Source of the DNA: an uncultured delta proteobacterium
Lineage (GTDB): Bacteria; Desulfobacterota; Binatia; Binatales; Binataceae
Assembly (NCBI GenBank): GCA_963724765.1
Contig: CAVRVY010000003.1
Location: 1-64,000 of the forward strand
Direction: 5' to 3'
DNA: 64,000 nucleotides
Shown here: positions 1 to 11,269 of the stretch, one piece after another
How the letters are laid out: the number at the start of each line of letters is the position of its first letter
Position numbering within the stretch: the stretch's first letter is position 1
Notes under the pieces: model-generated
What the model saw: the letters and a program-made list of their open reading frames with translations, nothing else
The model's database searches: none
Told to the model about the DNA's origin: nothing
Program-made: the position numbers and the translations under genes

Positions 1-14
1 GCCGTTCGGCGCCT

Positions 15-854
15 TTAGGGTTGTGCGAGCTGGTACTTGCCATCCTTTAGCTCAATCCATCGCCCGCGATCGGTCACCTGACCGCCAACGTCGATCTGAG
101 TGCGTAGTACGAGTAGCTCTTCTTCCGTCGGCACCTCGAGGACACCCAGCTTGGGAGCGATCGCCGGCTTGAAGCTCATCTCCTCGAGGATCTGGTCAAC
201 CGTGACGAACGGCGCGATCGCCTGCAGCATCAACTGGCAGTCGCCGTCGTACCCGTACATCGCCCATGGTGTATAGACGCGCCATGGCCCGGTACCCGGT
301 GGCAGCCCATGCCGTTCCCTTGCGCCCGGTCCGTCGAGGAATCCCGGCGAGGAAATGAAGTCGACGCGCTCGACGAACTTGCGCTTTTGCTGGTCGGTAA
401 CCAGTACCGTACGCCAGGCCAGGGCCGCGATGCTGTCGGCGCCGCCGGGGCCGCCGAAGCGCCGCCCCTCCCCGCCCTCGTACTTGCCGACCACGGTGGA
501 GTTGATATTCCCGTAGCGATCCACTTGAAGCGTCGCCAGAATCCCGTAGTCGACGTATCCGAGATGCGCCAGGTCGGCCGCGTAGTTCATCGTTCCCCAC
601 TGCAACGCCCGGTAATTCGCACGCGAGCTGATCATCGTCATCAGCGGGTCGAACGGTACCAGCGCCTCGGGACCAACTACGCCGTCCTCGGTCAGGTATT
701 GCAGGTTCGGCGCAGTGATGCGCTTGGCGAGCAGCACCGCGCTCAATGGCTCTCCTCCGCCTCCCACCCAGTAGATGTACTGGTCTTCGACCAGGCGCGC
801 GATCTGGCAGATCACGAACTCGCGCTCGTTGAAATGAGTGGCTGGCGTGCTCAT
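15..854 (-). CDS. Family I CoA-transferase beta subunit (GctB-like)
   Basis: 279 aa; QVDRYGNINST and GPGGA motifs; candidate catalytic Glu in YLTEDG; overlaps the alpha-subunit stop (ATGA). Confidence 0.88.
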   Translation of the reverse strand: MSTPATHFNEREFVICQIARLVEDQYIYWVGGGGEPLSAVLLAKRITAPNLQYLTEDGVVGPEALVPFDPLMTMISSRANYRALQWGTMNYAADLAHLGYVDYGILATLQVDRYGNINSTVVGKYEGGEGRRFGGPGGADSIAALAWRTVLVTDQQKRKFVERVDFISSPGFLDGPGARERHGLPPGTGPWRVYTPWAMYGYDGDCQLMLQAIAPFVTVDQILEEMSFKPAIAPKLGVLEVPTEEELLVLRTQIDVGGQVTDRGRWIELKDGKYQLAQP

Positions 855-1822
855 GACACGTAGCCCTCCCTGATGGTTTCGCGGCGGCGGATCTCGCCGA
901 GCTTCTTCACACCCACGACCTTCTCCAGGTACTCCTCGTGCGAGTTAACCGAGTGGACGTGTTTTTTGAGATACTCGCGGAAATCGCCCGCGAACATCGC
1001 GCCCATCGCCTCAACCACGCCTTCCGGGTCGGACGCATAGTAGCCTTGCACGGTACCGGGGTATGCGCCGAATGGCGCGTGTACCACCGCGTCGACGGCG
1101 AAGTGCGGGATCGAGGTCCGGACCGGATCGCGCCTCAGTTCGTCGGTCGAAACGATCTCTTCCGCCGAGACGATCACCCGCTGCGAAGCAAGCGCGCATT
1201 CCTGATGCGCGATGCCGGTACCGAAAACCCGTGCGTTGCCGTACTCGTCGGCCTGGTGGACGTGGATAATCGCCACGTCCGGATTGAGCGCCGGCGCCAG
1301 CAGGATCGGCTTTTTGGTGTAAGGATCTTCGACGACCTTGCAGCCGGAGTGTTCAAACCCATCTGTGCCGCCAAAGCTGCGCGCCGGCAGGAAAGGGAGC
1401 CCCATCGCTCCCGCCTTCAGCCTCAGCGTCATGATGGCATTGGAGTACTCGTAAATCGTGCACTTCTTCTCGCGCACGGCGCGGGCAATCCAGGGCCCGA
1501 ATCCGATGAAACCGATATCGATCCGATCGGCGCATCCGCCCTCGACCAGCAGCGCACAGGCGACGTAAGTGAACTTGCCGCAGACCCAGAGTTTTCTTTT
1601 GTGCTGGCGGATGATCTCGCGGATAAGCGACGACGGCCCGCGCTGAAAGTAGTTGCAGTCGTAGGCGAGGTAGTCGCCGTCGTGGACGAAACGCTCGACC
1701 GCTTCCTTGTGGGTCGTGAGCTTCGCGACCATCCGATGGGGCTTATGGTCCCGGACGTACGCTCGGTACCCATCGGGATCGACCTTTAGGTAGTCGCTTT
1801 TTCCTTCCTCCAGGATGCGCAT
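851..1822 (-). CDS. Family I CoA-transferase alpha subunit (GctA-like)
   Basis: 323 aa; AGAMGLPFLP, ALNPDVAIIHVHQADEYGN, VDAVVHAPFGAYP; GGAGG RBS. Confidence 0.9.
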   Translation of the reverse strand: MRILEEGKSDYLKVDPDGYRAYVRDHKPHRMVAKLTTHKEAVERFVHDGDYLAYDCNYFQRGPSSLIREIIRQHKRKLWVCGKFTYVACALLVEGGCADRIDIGFIGFGPWIARAVREKKCTIYEYSNAIMTLRLKAGAMGLPFLPARSFGGTDGFEHSGCKVVEDPYTKKPILLAPALNPDVAIIHVHQADEYGNARVFGTGIAHQECALASQRVIVSAEEIVSTDELRRDPVRTSIPHFAVDAVVHAPFGAYPGTVQGYYASDPEGVVEAMGAMFAGDFREYLKKHVHSVNSHEEYLEKVVGVKKLGEIRRRETIREGYVS

Positions 1823-2008
1823 TTAGTCGGCACCTCCTTGGGGACTCACCAGCCGATTCTCAACCTACAAGAAGCCCTCGTTGAATCAACCTTCCGGCGG
1901 CCTTCGTCTCGGATCGTTTTTGCCCGTACGGGAAGCTCTCGGTGGCACTCGTTCAAAGCCCTTAAGTTGTTTGGCTGGAACGCACGCATCGAAACCGCGT
2001 CGCGCGAC

Positions 2009-2368
2009 TCAGATCTGGATGCCGGATTGGAGCAGAATGCCGTTGTGAATCAGGAAGCTTCTGATCGTGTTCCCGCGACGGGCCCGTTCAGCCGAATCAA
2101 CATCTGCAAGCTGGGACTGGAACTGCGCTATCTTTTCCGCCATCCCCCGGCGGCCCTTGATGCTTATCTTGGTCTGGCGCCCCTCCTTTGCCAGCAGGCA
2201 GGCGGCCACCACTTGGTCCGGGTCGAGATTTACGAAGGCACAGAACTCCCCAAGCAGTCTGAGCCTGGACGGGTCGCTTATAGGGTCCACGCCCGACTGC
2301 TCTCGCAGGCCTTTGAACCAGGTCTTTACCGAATCGTATTCCTCGAGCGGGTGCTCCAGTGGGGTCAT
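2009..2368 (-). CDS. Hypothetical protein (119 aa)
   Basis: Co-oriented between nitroreductase and CoA-transferase; start taken at MTPLEH. Confidence 0.6.
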   Translation of the reverse strand: MTPLEHPLEEYDSVKTWFKGLREQSGVDPISDPSRLRLLGEFCAFVNLDPDQVVAACLLAKEGRQTKISIKGRRGMAEKIAQFQSQLADVDSAERARRGNTIRSFLIHNGILLQSGIQI

Positions 2369-2436
2369 TGGTCTTAGGCAGAGGTATCGTAGCAGCGCGA
2401 AGCCATAAACGCCCACGCCGCCGATTCCTCAACGCC

Positions 2437-3225
2437 TCATTCCGGCAGGGCAAACATCCGCGCAAGCGCCCTGATCTCGTCCTTTCGCCACGGCAGCGGC
2501 GCCTGCGCCTGGATCATCTTGGCCGCCTTCAGCTGCTCGGTCACCTTCGGATCGGCTTTGAACGGCTTGCCGTATTTGCCCTCGAAGAAGGTCTCTTCGA
2601 GCGGCGGACGAGGACGCTGTCCACCCGCCTCCCAGGACTCGGCCGGATAGCCTACCAGAAGCACCCAGAGCGGCAGCCATTCGTTGGGCGGTGTCAAAAC
2701 CTTCTTGATCGGCGCGTACACGAACGCCGATAGACAAACTCCAAGACCCTCGTCGACCCCGGCGAGCATGGCCTGGCAAATCGCAATCCCGGCGTCAGAA
2801 GCCGCTGCCGCCGCAACCGAAGGCTGGTTCGCCCCTTCGGCCAAGGGCTTCAGGATGTTCGGCCAGACGAAGTCGTCAACGAACTTGTGACTCCATCCGT
2901 GCGTCGCGTTGAGCGCGCCGACGTCAACCAACTTCTTCAGCCGTGCCTGCGCTCCGAGGTACGCACCCATGTCGACAAAGGTGTAGATGTGCACCGGGGC
3001 AAGCTCGATGTTGAGTGCAGACACAGGCGTCTTTAAGGCGTCGAGCGTCTCGCGGTCGAGATCGTCGCGGAACACCACGATCGCCTTGAGGAAGGTGGCA
3101 TTAACCGCGCACGAGGCCAGCCGTGCCGCCTCCAGCATAATCTGGATCTTCTCCCTTTCGACCGGCCGCCACGACTGGAAATAGCGAATCGATCGCCGCC
3201 GACCTACTACTTCTTTGTATTCCAT
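2437..3225 (-). CDS. Nitroreductase family protein
   Basis: RRRSIRYF FMN-binding start, EAARLAS, GLGVCL, LVGYPA. Confidence 0.88.
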   Translation of the reverse strand: MEYKEVVGRRRSIRYFQSWRPVEREKIQIMLEAARLASCAVNATFLKAIVVFRDDLDRETLDALKTPVSALNIELAPVHIYTFVDMGAYLGAQARLKKLVDVGALNATHGWSHKFVDDFVWPNILKPLAEGANQPSVAAAAASDAGIAICQAMLAGVDEGLGVCLSAFVYAPIKKVLTPPNEWLPLWVLLVGYPAESWEAGGQRPRPPLEETFFEGKYGKPFKADPKVTEQLKAAKMIQAQAPLPWRKDEIRALARMFALPE

Positions 3226-3748
3226 GAATTACCCTCTTGGTTGGAAAGCTGTCATCTCGGTTCTTATCGGATTGGATGGTCGTCAAGGCTCGGCTCGCAC
3301 CGACCATACGGGCTCCGTCGCCACCCAAGTCTGGCGTCAAAGCCCAACCGCTATTGGTGTTCCAAATTCAAGGAGCGCTTTCCCCCTCCTATTGTCAAGG
3401 GAAGCTGTTCTGCCCCCGCTGACCCGCGGCGTTGGACCGCGTCCGCCCCGAAAGCCGGCCATCATCATCGCTGGTGTCAGAATGGCCGGTGGCCACGGGG
3501 AAGGGACCAACGGAAAGATCGTCACCATCCGCGTGCTAGCGCGAGTGCTGCGGGAGGCAAGAAACATGAAGGCGCAGTCCGGTCTCAGACAGCAGCGATG
3601 ATCCGTGCCAATTTCGCCGCTGCCCCTAAGATGCGAACTGTGATAACGAAGGGATTACTTGGCCGGCGGCATTCATCCCGCAGCAGGCCAGGGAGGAGGA
3701 ACGTACGATGTTCTCCTTTTACATCAAGAGAACGTTTGTCGACACCGT

Positions 3749-4843
3749 TGTGCTTAGTCAAAACCTAAACCCTGACATATTGGTGGTGCAGCCCACCCAG
3801 AATTGAAATGGCTGCGATGGGGCCGAGCTTCTGTGGGCGTCGAAAATCCGGCGCATTCTTGTCCAATGAGAGGTGCGTCCGGACCTGGTTGTAATAGGAA
3901 GCGTAATTCTTCAGAACGCGACGCAACTGCGCTTCGTCGAACACGACCAAGTGATCGAGGCTTTCGCGCCGGATCGAGCCGATGAGACGCTCGACGTGGC
4001 CGTTCTGCCACGGTGAGCGCGGCGCAGTCGGGTGATCACGGATCCCCATTGCCCGAATGCGATGGGTGTAGGCTGGGCCGAAGGCCCCGTCGCGGTCGCG
4101 AAGCAGGTGACGCGGCGCTTCGTCCCAGGGAAACGCGTCCGTCACCTGACCTGCGATCCATTCGGCGGTCGGATTGGTAGTGACGCTGATCATGACGAGC
4201 CGCCTGCGGGCGTGACGCAGGATCACCAAGCCGTAGAGCAGCTTGAACGAGACGTGGGTACGACGAACAGATCCAGCGAAGCGATGCCGGCAGCGTGATT
4301 GCGCAGGAAAGGCCTCCAACCTTGGGACGGTGGTCGGCGGCGCCGGACCATATACCTGCCGACGGTTGATTCAGCGACTTCGATGCCAAGCATCAACAAT
4401 TCGCCGTGGATCCGCGGTGCGCCCCACAGCGGGTTCTCGCGGCTCATCCGCCGGATCAGCGCTCGAAGCTCGGTATCGATCCGTGGCCGGCCGCCGACGT
4501 GGCGGGACTTCCAGCGCCAGTAGGCGCGGAAACCACGTTGGTGCCAGCGGAGCACGGTCACCGCCTGGACGATGATGATCGCGTCCAGGAGCGAGGGGTA
4601 CAGTCGATACAGCCATACCAACAGCAGGCGATCGATGTTCCACAGTCTTACGCGCGTCGGGAACTTGCGCCGTCGAACTACCAGTTGTTGGCGCAGGAGG
4701 AGATTCTCGGCCTCAAGCCGCGCGCGCCCCGTGAACCGCGACCGGATAGCAAGCAGCAGCTGGCTCAGAAACGCGACCATCGGCCGCTTCATTACCACAC
4801 GCCTGACCGCGCGTCATCCCGGATAAGGTTTTCGGGAGGCACA
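3749..4843 (-). mobile_element. IS-A copy 1: IS481/IS3-like DDE (rve) insertion sequence with frameshifted transposase
   Basis: Ends TGTGCTTAGTCAAAACCT / (rc) TGTGCCTCCCGAAAACCT; transposase split into 4223-4798 and 3765-4319 (ENPLWGAPRIHGEL, RDRD, PWQNGHVERLIGSIRRE); no target duplication seen. Confidence 0.9.
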
Positions 4844-4989
4844 GCCCCCTACGTCAACACCGAGCCGGTAAGATATCCTTTAATGCTCCTTCTCGCGGAA
4901 CGCCTTTCAGAACGCTAGGACCGCATCTACATTCGATTGGGTTCTCGATGCATCCTGGCTTCGGGAGCGGCTTCGGGAAGCGCTAATCC

Positions 4990-6399
4990 CTACAGCGGTG
5001 GCCGCTTCTCATGCCACCGGGTGTTCCGCTCATAATTATGCGCGACGTTAAGAATCGTGGTCTCGGCGAAAGCTCTTCCCGCAATCTGAAGACCGATCGG
5101 TAGACCGTCAGATGTGAATCCGCACGGGATCGAAATGGCCGGCAGGCCGGAGAGGTTGAATGGTAATGTCAGCCGTGGCAGTGCCGCGTCGACATTAACC
5201 TGCCTGTCGCCCACGGCCGTGACCGTATTGCCCACCGGCGGCGCGGGAATCACCACCGTCGGCAAGGCCAGGACGTCCATGCTTTTCAGCGCCCCAAGCT
5301 GGTCCCGGATTATCATGGTGCGCGCCCGTCCAGCCTGAACGTAGCGACGAGCCGGGATTAACGACCCGGTGTAAAGCAGGGTGCGCATCTGATCGCTGTA
5401 CTGCTCAGGGTGCGTTTTGAGATCCGCGCCATGCAGCGCACTGGCCTCTGGCAGCGCGATTGCGACCAGCGCCGGCGGCCCCAGACGGCTGTGGGGCAGA
5501 GAGACTTCTTCCGTCACAGCCCCCTGGCTCTGAAGAACTTGAACCGCCTTCAGGAAAGCGTCCCGCACCTCATCGTCCATGGCATCCGCCAGGTACTCCC
5601 GGGGCAAGCCTACCCTGAGTCCTTTGATCTGGCCGGTAAGGGCCTCGAGATAGTTTGAAACGGGATGTCCGCTGCAAGTAGCGTCGCGTCGGTCGGGGCC
5701 AGCGACTATCTGGAGCATCAGCGCAGCGTCAGCCACGCTCCGTGTCATCGGCCCCGAGTGATCCAGAGACAAGGAGAGGGGAAGCGTACCGTAACGGCTG
5801 ATCCGGCCGTAGGTGGGTTTCAGGCCCACGATTCCGCACAACGCTGCCGGCAGTCTCACCGAGCCGCCTGCGTCGGTGCCCATCGAACCCAGGCACAAGG
5901 ATGCGGCTACGGCGATTGCCGAACCACCGCTGGAGCCGCCAGGAATACGGTCGCGCTTCCAAGGATTGCGCGCGATGCCGTAGTACGGGTTCGCCGTGGT
6001 GGCGCCAAGGGCGAACTCGTGCATGTTGAGCGTCCCCAGGAACACGCCGCCAGCATTGCGTAGCCGCTCAACCACTGTGCAATCGAGATCCGCTATATTT
6101 TCGGCGAGTAACCTGGAGCCCCCCGTCGTTCTCACTCCGCGGATAGCGAAACAATCCTTCAGCGCCAGCGGAACGCCATGCAGGGGCCCGAGCGCGTCTT
6201 TTCGCATCACCGCCTGTTCCGCACGCTTGGCCTGCTCGAGCGCCGACTCTTCCAGCACGGTGATGAATGCACGCAGCTCCGCGTCGTGCTCGCGAATGCG
6301 ATCGATGCATGCGCGGGTCAGCTCGACGGGTGAGACCGCCCGTTCCCTGACCAGGCGCGCGGCCTCCCGCATCGTCAGCGCCGTCAACTCAGCCGGCAT
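4990..6399 (-). CDS. Amidase signature family protein (GatA/AtzE-like)
   Basis: LHGVPLALKD, GGSSGGSA, GTDAGGSVRLPA (Ser-cisSer-Lys triad); start taken at MPAELT. Confidence 0.92.
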   Translation of the reverse strand: MPAELTALTMREAARLVRERAVSPVELTRACIDRIREHDAELRAFITVLEESALEQAKRAEQAVMRKDALGPLHGVPLALKDCFAIRGVRTTGGSRLLAENIADLDCTVVERLRNAGGVFLGTLNMHEFALGATTANPYYGIARNPWKRDRIPGGSSGGSAIAVAASLCLGSMGTDAGGSVRLPAALCGIVGLKPTYGRISRYGTLPLSLSLDHSGPMTRSVADAALMLQIVAGPDRRDATCSGHPVSNYLEALTGQIKGLRVGLPREYLADAMDDEVRDAFLKAVQVLQSQGAVTEEVSLPHSRLGPPALVAIALPEASALHGADLKTHPEQYSDQMRTLLYTGSLIPARRYVQAGRARTMIIRDQLGALKSMDVLALPTVVIPAPPVGNTVTAVGDRQVNVDAALPRLTLPFNLSGLPAISIPCGFTSDGLPIGLQIAGRAFAETTILNVAHNYERNTRWHEKRPPL

Positions 6400-6637
6400 C
6401 GTCGTCCGCCTCCTCGACCCTGAAGCAGGGCGTTGAGTTACACTCAAAACCCCTCAGTGCATCGAGCTTGACCAAATCACTTGAGATCCCGCTCAACACA
6501 CGGGCGAGTCTTTCCAGCTCCGCCCCGCTCACATCAAACCCTTGCGCCTTCAGCCCCGCTACGATCCAGGTGTTGGCGTCCATCGCTTCCTTCTCGGATT
6601 TCAAGTCGGTAGCTCCTTGTGTCTGGCGGTTCGACAT
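6389..6637 (-). CDS. Small GatC/AtzG-like amidase partner protein
   Basis: 82 aa helical ORF overlapping the amidase start; position and size typical of amidase small subunits (inference). Confidence 0.5.
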   Translation of the reverse strand: MSNRQTQGATDLKSEKEAMDANTWIVAGLKAQGFDVSGAELERLARVLSGISSDLVKLDALRGFECNSTPCFRVEEADDDAG

Positions 6638-6655
6638 AAATGGCTTACACCAAAA

Positions 6656-7343
6656 CTAATTGCGCCGCACTCCCCATTTATTCCACCAGGTCAATTGCCG
6701 AGCCGGGATACGGGGCGCGCTTCGGAATGTCTCCCCGACAAAGTGAGCAACCGGCAGGAGCACGGCCTGCGTAATGGTCGCGGGCAGACCCAGCACTCGC
6801 GCCGCCTTGTCAGCGTTGAGCAGGTGCACCGTGGTCCAGCAGCAACCGAGGCCCCGCGCCCGGGCCGCAAGCATGAAGGGCCACACCGCGGGCATAATCG
6901 TTCCGAAGCTGGTCGCGACTTCGAACAAGGACTCGGGGTTGGGCCGCTCCTCGACGCAGAAGAGTACATGCACAGGTACGTCCTGAAGATGGTCCACGAG
7001 ATAGCGCGCCGATTCGGTCATCCGTACGGTCTCCGCGGCACGGTCCCGCCACACCATATTCGGGCTCTTTCGCCTCTGCCCAGTATTTGTTGAATGATTC
7101 TTTGTAGATCTCGGCCAGTTTGGCACGTACTGCCGCATCCGTCACGACGACAAAGCGCCAGCGCTGCGTATTCGTGCCCGTCGGAGCTTGAACGGCTATT
7201 TCCAGGCACTCCTCGATTAGATCGGCCGGGACCGGCCGACCCAGATCAAGGCGTTTGCGAACTGAACGCGTCGTGGTCAGCAGTCTGTCGCAAACGCTGA
7301 GCTCGAGGCCCGGTTTCACTTCGCGATCCCTCTGCACAGGCAT
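6656..7343 (-). pseudogene. Nitroreductase family protein, frameshifted near 7050
   Basis: N-half TTRSVRKRL..QAPTGTNTQRWRF (6810-7343) and C-half MLAARARGLGCCWTT (6656-7138) are in different frames. Confidence 0.8.
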
Positions 7344-8660
7344 ACGTAGTCAGTCCTTTCGTCGGTCTGCTCTTCAACCCAAGGCCAATCCATCCTTCGC
7401 GCAACAACGGCGGCCGCGCGAGGTGGAAGTCGGTCCGCTGCTGGAAGTCGACGCCCGCCCGGAAAAGTAACGCCCCGCGGATCGAATCGGCCACCAGTTG
7501 AACGCCGATCGGCATCCCGCCTTCGCCAAAGCCGCAGGGCAAGCTGATCGAGGGCATCCCCGCCGCGCCAATGCCTGAAGTAAAGCGAGCCATCGCGCGG
7601 GTGATTTCGATCATGTCGGCGGAATCTTTCCGCAGCGGCGCCACCATCGGAACCGTTGGCATCAGAAGAAGGTCGACCTCCCTGAACAGTGACCACAACT
7701 TGCGGCGCCACTCGACAAGCCATCGCCGCGAGTTCGAGTAATCGCGCCCGCTTATGTCAAGGCCCAGCTTCAGACGGCGCAATACCTCTGCCCCGATTCG
7801 TTCGGGATCGCGTTCCATCTCCTCCCGGTGCACGTCGGCAATCCTTCGAAGAAGAACCGCTTGGGTATGCCGATGCGAACTCCGGCGATGCCGTCATGCA
7901 GGGCCGGCAGGAAATTCTCCACCGGGCGATCGATGCTCGCCGGGTCATCCGGATCGAATCCCGCCATCGCGGCGAACGCGCGCGCGACATCGACGACCGA
8001 TCTGGCCAGTGGACCGATGGTGTCGAATTCGACGGTGAGCGCGAGCGCGTGGGCATTGGACAGCCGGCCGAACGTCGGGCGCAGGCCGACCACGCCGCAA
8101 AGCGCGGCGGGCACGCGGACCGACCCCCCAGTGTCGAAACCGATCGCGATGCGGCACATGTCCGCGGCAACCGACGCCGCCGGCCCGCTGGACGACCCAC
8201 CAGGGATTCGCGCCAAGTCCCACGGGTTGTTGCAATCACCGAAGTGCCGGTTCTCTCCTGTTGCGCCGTAGCAGAACTCGGTCAGATGCGCCTTGGCACG
8301 AAAAACGGCTCCTGCCCGGCGCAGCCGTGCCACTACCGCCGAGTCGGCGCTCGACACATGGTCTGCATACAACCTTGAACCAAAGGTCGTCCTATATCCG
8401 GCGACGTTCAGGCAATCCTTGATCGTAATGGGGACACCGTGGAGCAAGTCAAGCCATTCGCCGCGTACCGCCGCGCACCTCACATTCGTCCGCCTTGCGG
8501 GCCTAGTCCAGTGCAAGGTCGGCGAGTTTCAGCAGGACCGCGTTGGTCTGCGGATTGTACCTATCGATCGCCTGCAAATACGCCTCGGCTGTTTTTTGGA
8601 ACAGTCCTTCACGTGCAGCCATCTAATAATCCCTCGCTACCCCAGCGAAGTTTCAGCCAA
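7246..8660 (-). pseudogene. Amidase, fragmented
   Basis: LHGVPITIKD, GGSSSG, DTGGSVRVPA in 7770-8516; C-terminal GMPIGVQL in 7246-7833; N-terminus has an in-frame stop; both ends approximate. Confidence 0.8.
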
Positions 8661-8679
8661 GGCAAACCTGGTACCGCAC

Positions 8680-9579
8680 TCAGATATATTGATTGAACCA
8701 GTCGATAGCCGCCTGCATGGCCTGGCCGCGTCCCGGCTCCGAGTATGCGCCGGTTTGGCCGAAGGGCATCAGGGCCAATTTCTTGGGTTCGCCGGCCTTA
8801 CGATAGGCCTCCTCGATCATACCGATGGGATGAATCATGTCGTAGCCGGCACAAGCCACGATGCATAGCGGGCGCGGCGCAATCTGATGGATGACGTTCT
8901 CGGGGAAGAATTCGATGATCCTCTCCACCGACTCGAGGACCAAGTCGGGACGCCAGGTTTTTAGGTTACTGCTGGCGTCCTGCAAGAAGCCGACGATCTG
9001 CTCGTCGCCCGGCATAGCGCAGAACTCGCCCTTGTCGCCGCGGCCGCCTACCGGCACCCGCGCGCCTTCACCAGTCTTAAAGCGCCGCATCCGGTCTTCG
9101 TCCAGACGGTCGAGCAGCTCGAGCCATTGCGCGCTGGTGCGCAGCACTCTCATCCAGTTCAGGCCGTTGACCACCGGCACCTGCGCCACCACCGCCTTGG
9201 CGCGCCGGTCGAAAGCTGCCGTGTAGATGACAACCGCTCCACCGAAGCTGGTGCCCCAAATCCCGATGCGCTCGGGATCAACCTCGTCGCGGGTTTGCAG
9301 GTAACTGATGGCGTTGCGGTAGTCCTCGACTTCGTTGAGTGGAAAAAGCTGGCCGCGAGGCTCCCCTTCGCTTTCGCCGAAGGTCCGATAGTCAATAGCC
9401 AGCGAGACGTACCCGGCACGGCTGAAGTAGCCCCCTTCTTCGACCAGCGCCTCCTTCACGAAGCTGAAGCCGTGGCCGATAACTAGTCCCGGGCGTCTTC
9501 CGTGCTTATGGTCGTCAGGAAGATAAAGATCGCCGGCGCAATTCAGACCGCCACTTTTGAACGTCACTTTCTGTACCAT
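8680..9579 (-). CDS. Alpha/beta hydrolase
   Basis: GHGF, DYRTFGESEG, nucleophile elbow WGTSFGG. Confidence 0.88.
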   Translation of the reverse strand: MVQKVTFKSGGLNCAGDLYLPDDHKHGRRPGLVIGHGFSFVKEALVEEGGYFSRAGYVSLAIDYRTFGESEGEPRGQLFPLNEVEDYRNAISYLQTRDEVDPERIGIWGTSFGGAVVIYTAAFDRRAKAVVAQVPVVNGLNWMRVLRTSAQWLELLDRLDEDRMRRFKTGEGARVPVGGRGDKGEFCAMPGDEQIVGFLQDASSNLKTWRPDLVLESVERIIEFFPENVIHQIAPRPLCIVACAGYDMIHPIGMIEEAYRKAGEPKKLALMPFGQTGAYSEPGRGQAMQAAIDWFNQYI

Positions 9580-9945
9580 GACGAATTTCCATCCATTTTG
9601 TACGGTAAATTAGCAGCACCAGTCCACTTTAACTAGGGCGCAGCACAAACGCCGTCACGTCAGATCCGGCCGCTTGATCGAGGATGTATCTTGACGCTCG
9701 CAGGGTCAGGCATTAATCGTGAATGACATTGACTGCGGCCAAACTTGGAAAAAATGTCCGGACCGTCACGAGCAGGTTGGCTACGTCATGAATCTGTTCG
9801 TAGCTGTTAGTGATAAAGAGGTTCGAGGGTCGGACCCCAGCCGAACTGATGCTGAAAGCGAACCCGCGTCACAGCAGAGCTACCTATCCTTCACCGCGCG
9901 TTCCTGCGGACGAGAAATTCCGGGGCAAGGAGCCGCCTCGCCCGG

Positions 9946-10307
9946 ATGGTACGCCCCCTTGACCGCGTAGAGGATGTGGCCGGGTTTGATGCCGACGTAC
10001 TCCAGGAAGTGCGAAGTATCCCCATAGCCCGCGACTCCGCCCAGCCACTCGATCACGTAAAAGAACTAAGAGCGACCACCCACTTCCAGGTCGAAGCAGG
10101 TATCGCCGTCGGTCAGGATGTCGAGTCCGGCCCGCTCCTGCTCCTTGAGGTAGCACGCGACCGTGTCGACGTACTGCTCGCGGTACAGCGAGTCGCACAT
10201 CGTGACCTTGAAGGGCCGCCCGCGCAAGCTCTCGGTGAACCACGACGGCCTGGGAAACGACCCGACCATCGCTGTAACCAACTTCTTGTGCGCGTCGCAT
10301 TCAGCAT
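9946..10307 (-). pseudogene. Cobalamin-independent methionine synthase II-like N-terminal fragment
   Basis: VGSFPRPSW and QERAGLDILTDGD motifs followed by an in-frame stop and truncation; ends approximate. Confidence 0.7.
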
Positions 10308-10623
10308 GGCTGTTGCAACCTCCGAAAACTGATGTCTCGCGCGCATCCGGAACCGGCAAGCTTGGGAATCGTGGAAAGCGGTTCCGGCTTTTGCACGGCC
10401 GAAGAATCAGATGAAGCCTGACTTACAGACTCTTCATATCAGTGCGGAGGCGCGGCCCGCGCTCGAGAGCCGCGGGATTCGAAGTCCGCCGCCTGGCGGC
10501 TCAGGAATCAGCGACGACTCAGCGCAACGGTTTCTCTTGTATACTGTCAAAGACCCGCAGGAATTCAAATGAGAAGTTCCAGGTAATCCCGCCAAAAAAA
10601 TCCCCTGGGGCACGTGTCGTACT

Positions 10624-11133
10624 ATGAGCATCGCTAAAGGGTTGCATTCAAGCCACCTGCATCCTCAATTCGCCGTTGCGCTGGCGATCGCATTTGCCAT
10701 CATCGCCCTCGTGGCTCAACCGCTCACCGCAGCCAGCGGCGTTGCTCCTCTCACCTTGGTGAAGCAACTGGTGGCGCAGGTGCTGAGTATCGTTAAGGAC
10801 AAACAGATGGCTCAGGCGGACAAGCAGAAGAAACTGCGCGAACTGGGCGTCGCGAACTTCGACTTCAATGAGATGTCGCGTTTGGCAATGGGCAGGTCCT
10901 GGCGATCGCTGAGCGCGGATCAGCGCCAACGGTTCGTCCCTGTCTTTACCTCGTTTCTCGAAGACGCCTACTTCAACAAGGTCCAGAATTACTCGGGTCA
11001 GGAGATCCAGATCACCAAGGCTCACGTGACCGACAAGGATTACGCGCGGGTGAGCGGCCATATCGTGCAGCGGGTAACGCTGCCGAACAGTTCGGCGTTA
11101 ACCTTGCGCAGAAGGTCAGCGGCTAGTGAGTGA
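10624..11133 (+). pseudogene. MlaC/Ttg2D-family periplasmic lipid-binding protein, C-terminally truncated
   Basis: Signal peptide, FDFNEMSRLAMGRSWRSLSADQRQRF; similarity is lost after ~11070. Confidence 0.7.
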
Positions 11134-11269
11134 AAAATTTTTAAGTCGATCCTGGCCAACGCCGCCCACGACCTTGGCGCCAGCGCACTTCTCCAGCCAA
11201 TCGAGGTAATGGTCCTCGACGGCCTCAAGCAGGAATTGACGATGCTTGGGGGGGGGCGCAGACTATCGT

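Noticed and set aside
4240-4265. Programmed frameshift in the IS-A transposase
   Set aside because: No slippery sequence here, and copies 3 and 5 read through in one frame.
10608-10623. Sigma-54-like GGGCACGTGTCGTACT before the mlaC-like gene
   Set aside because: Lacks the -12 GC and directly abuts the ORF start.
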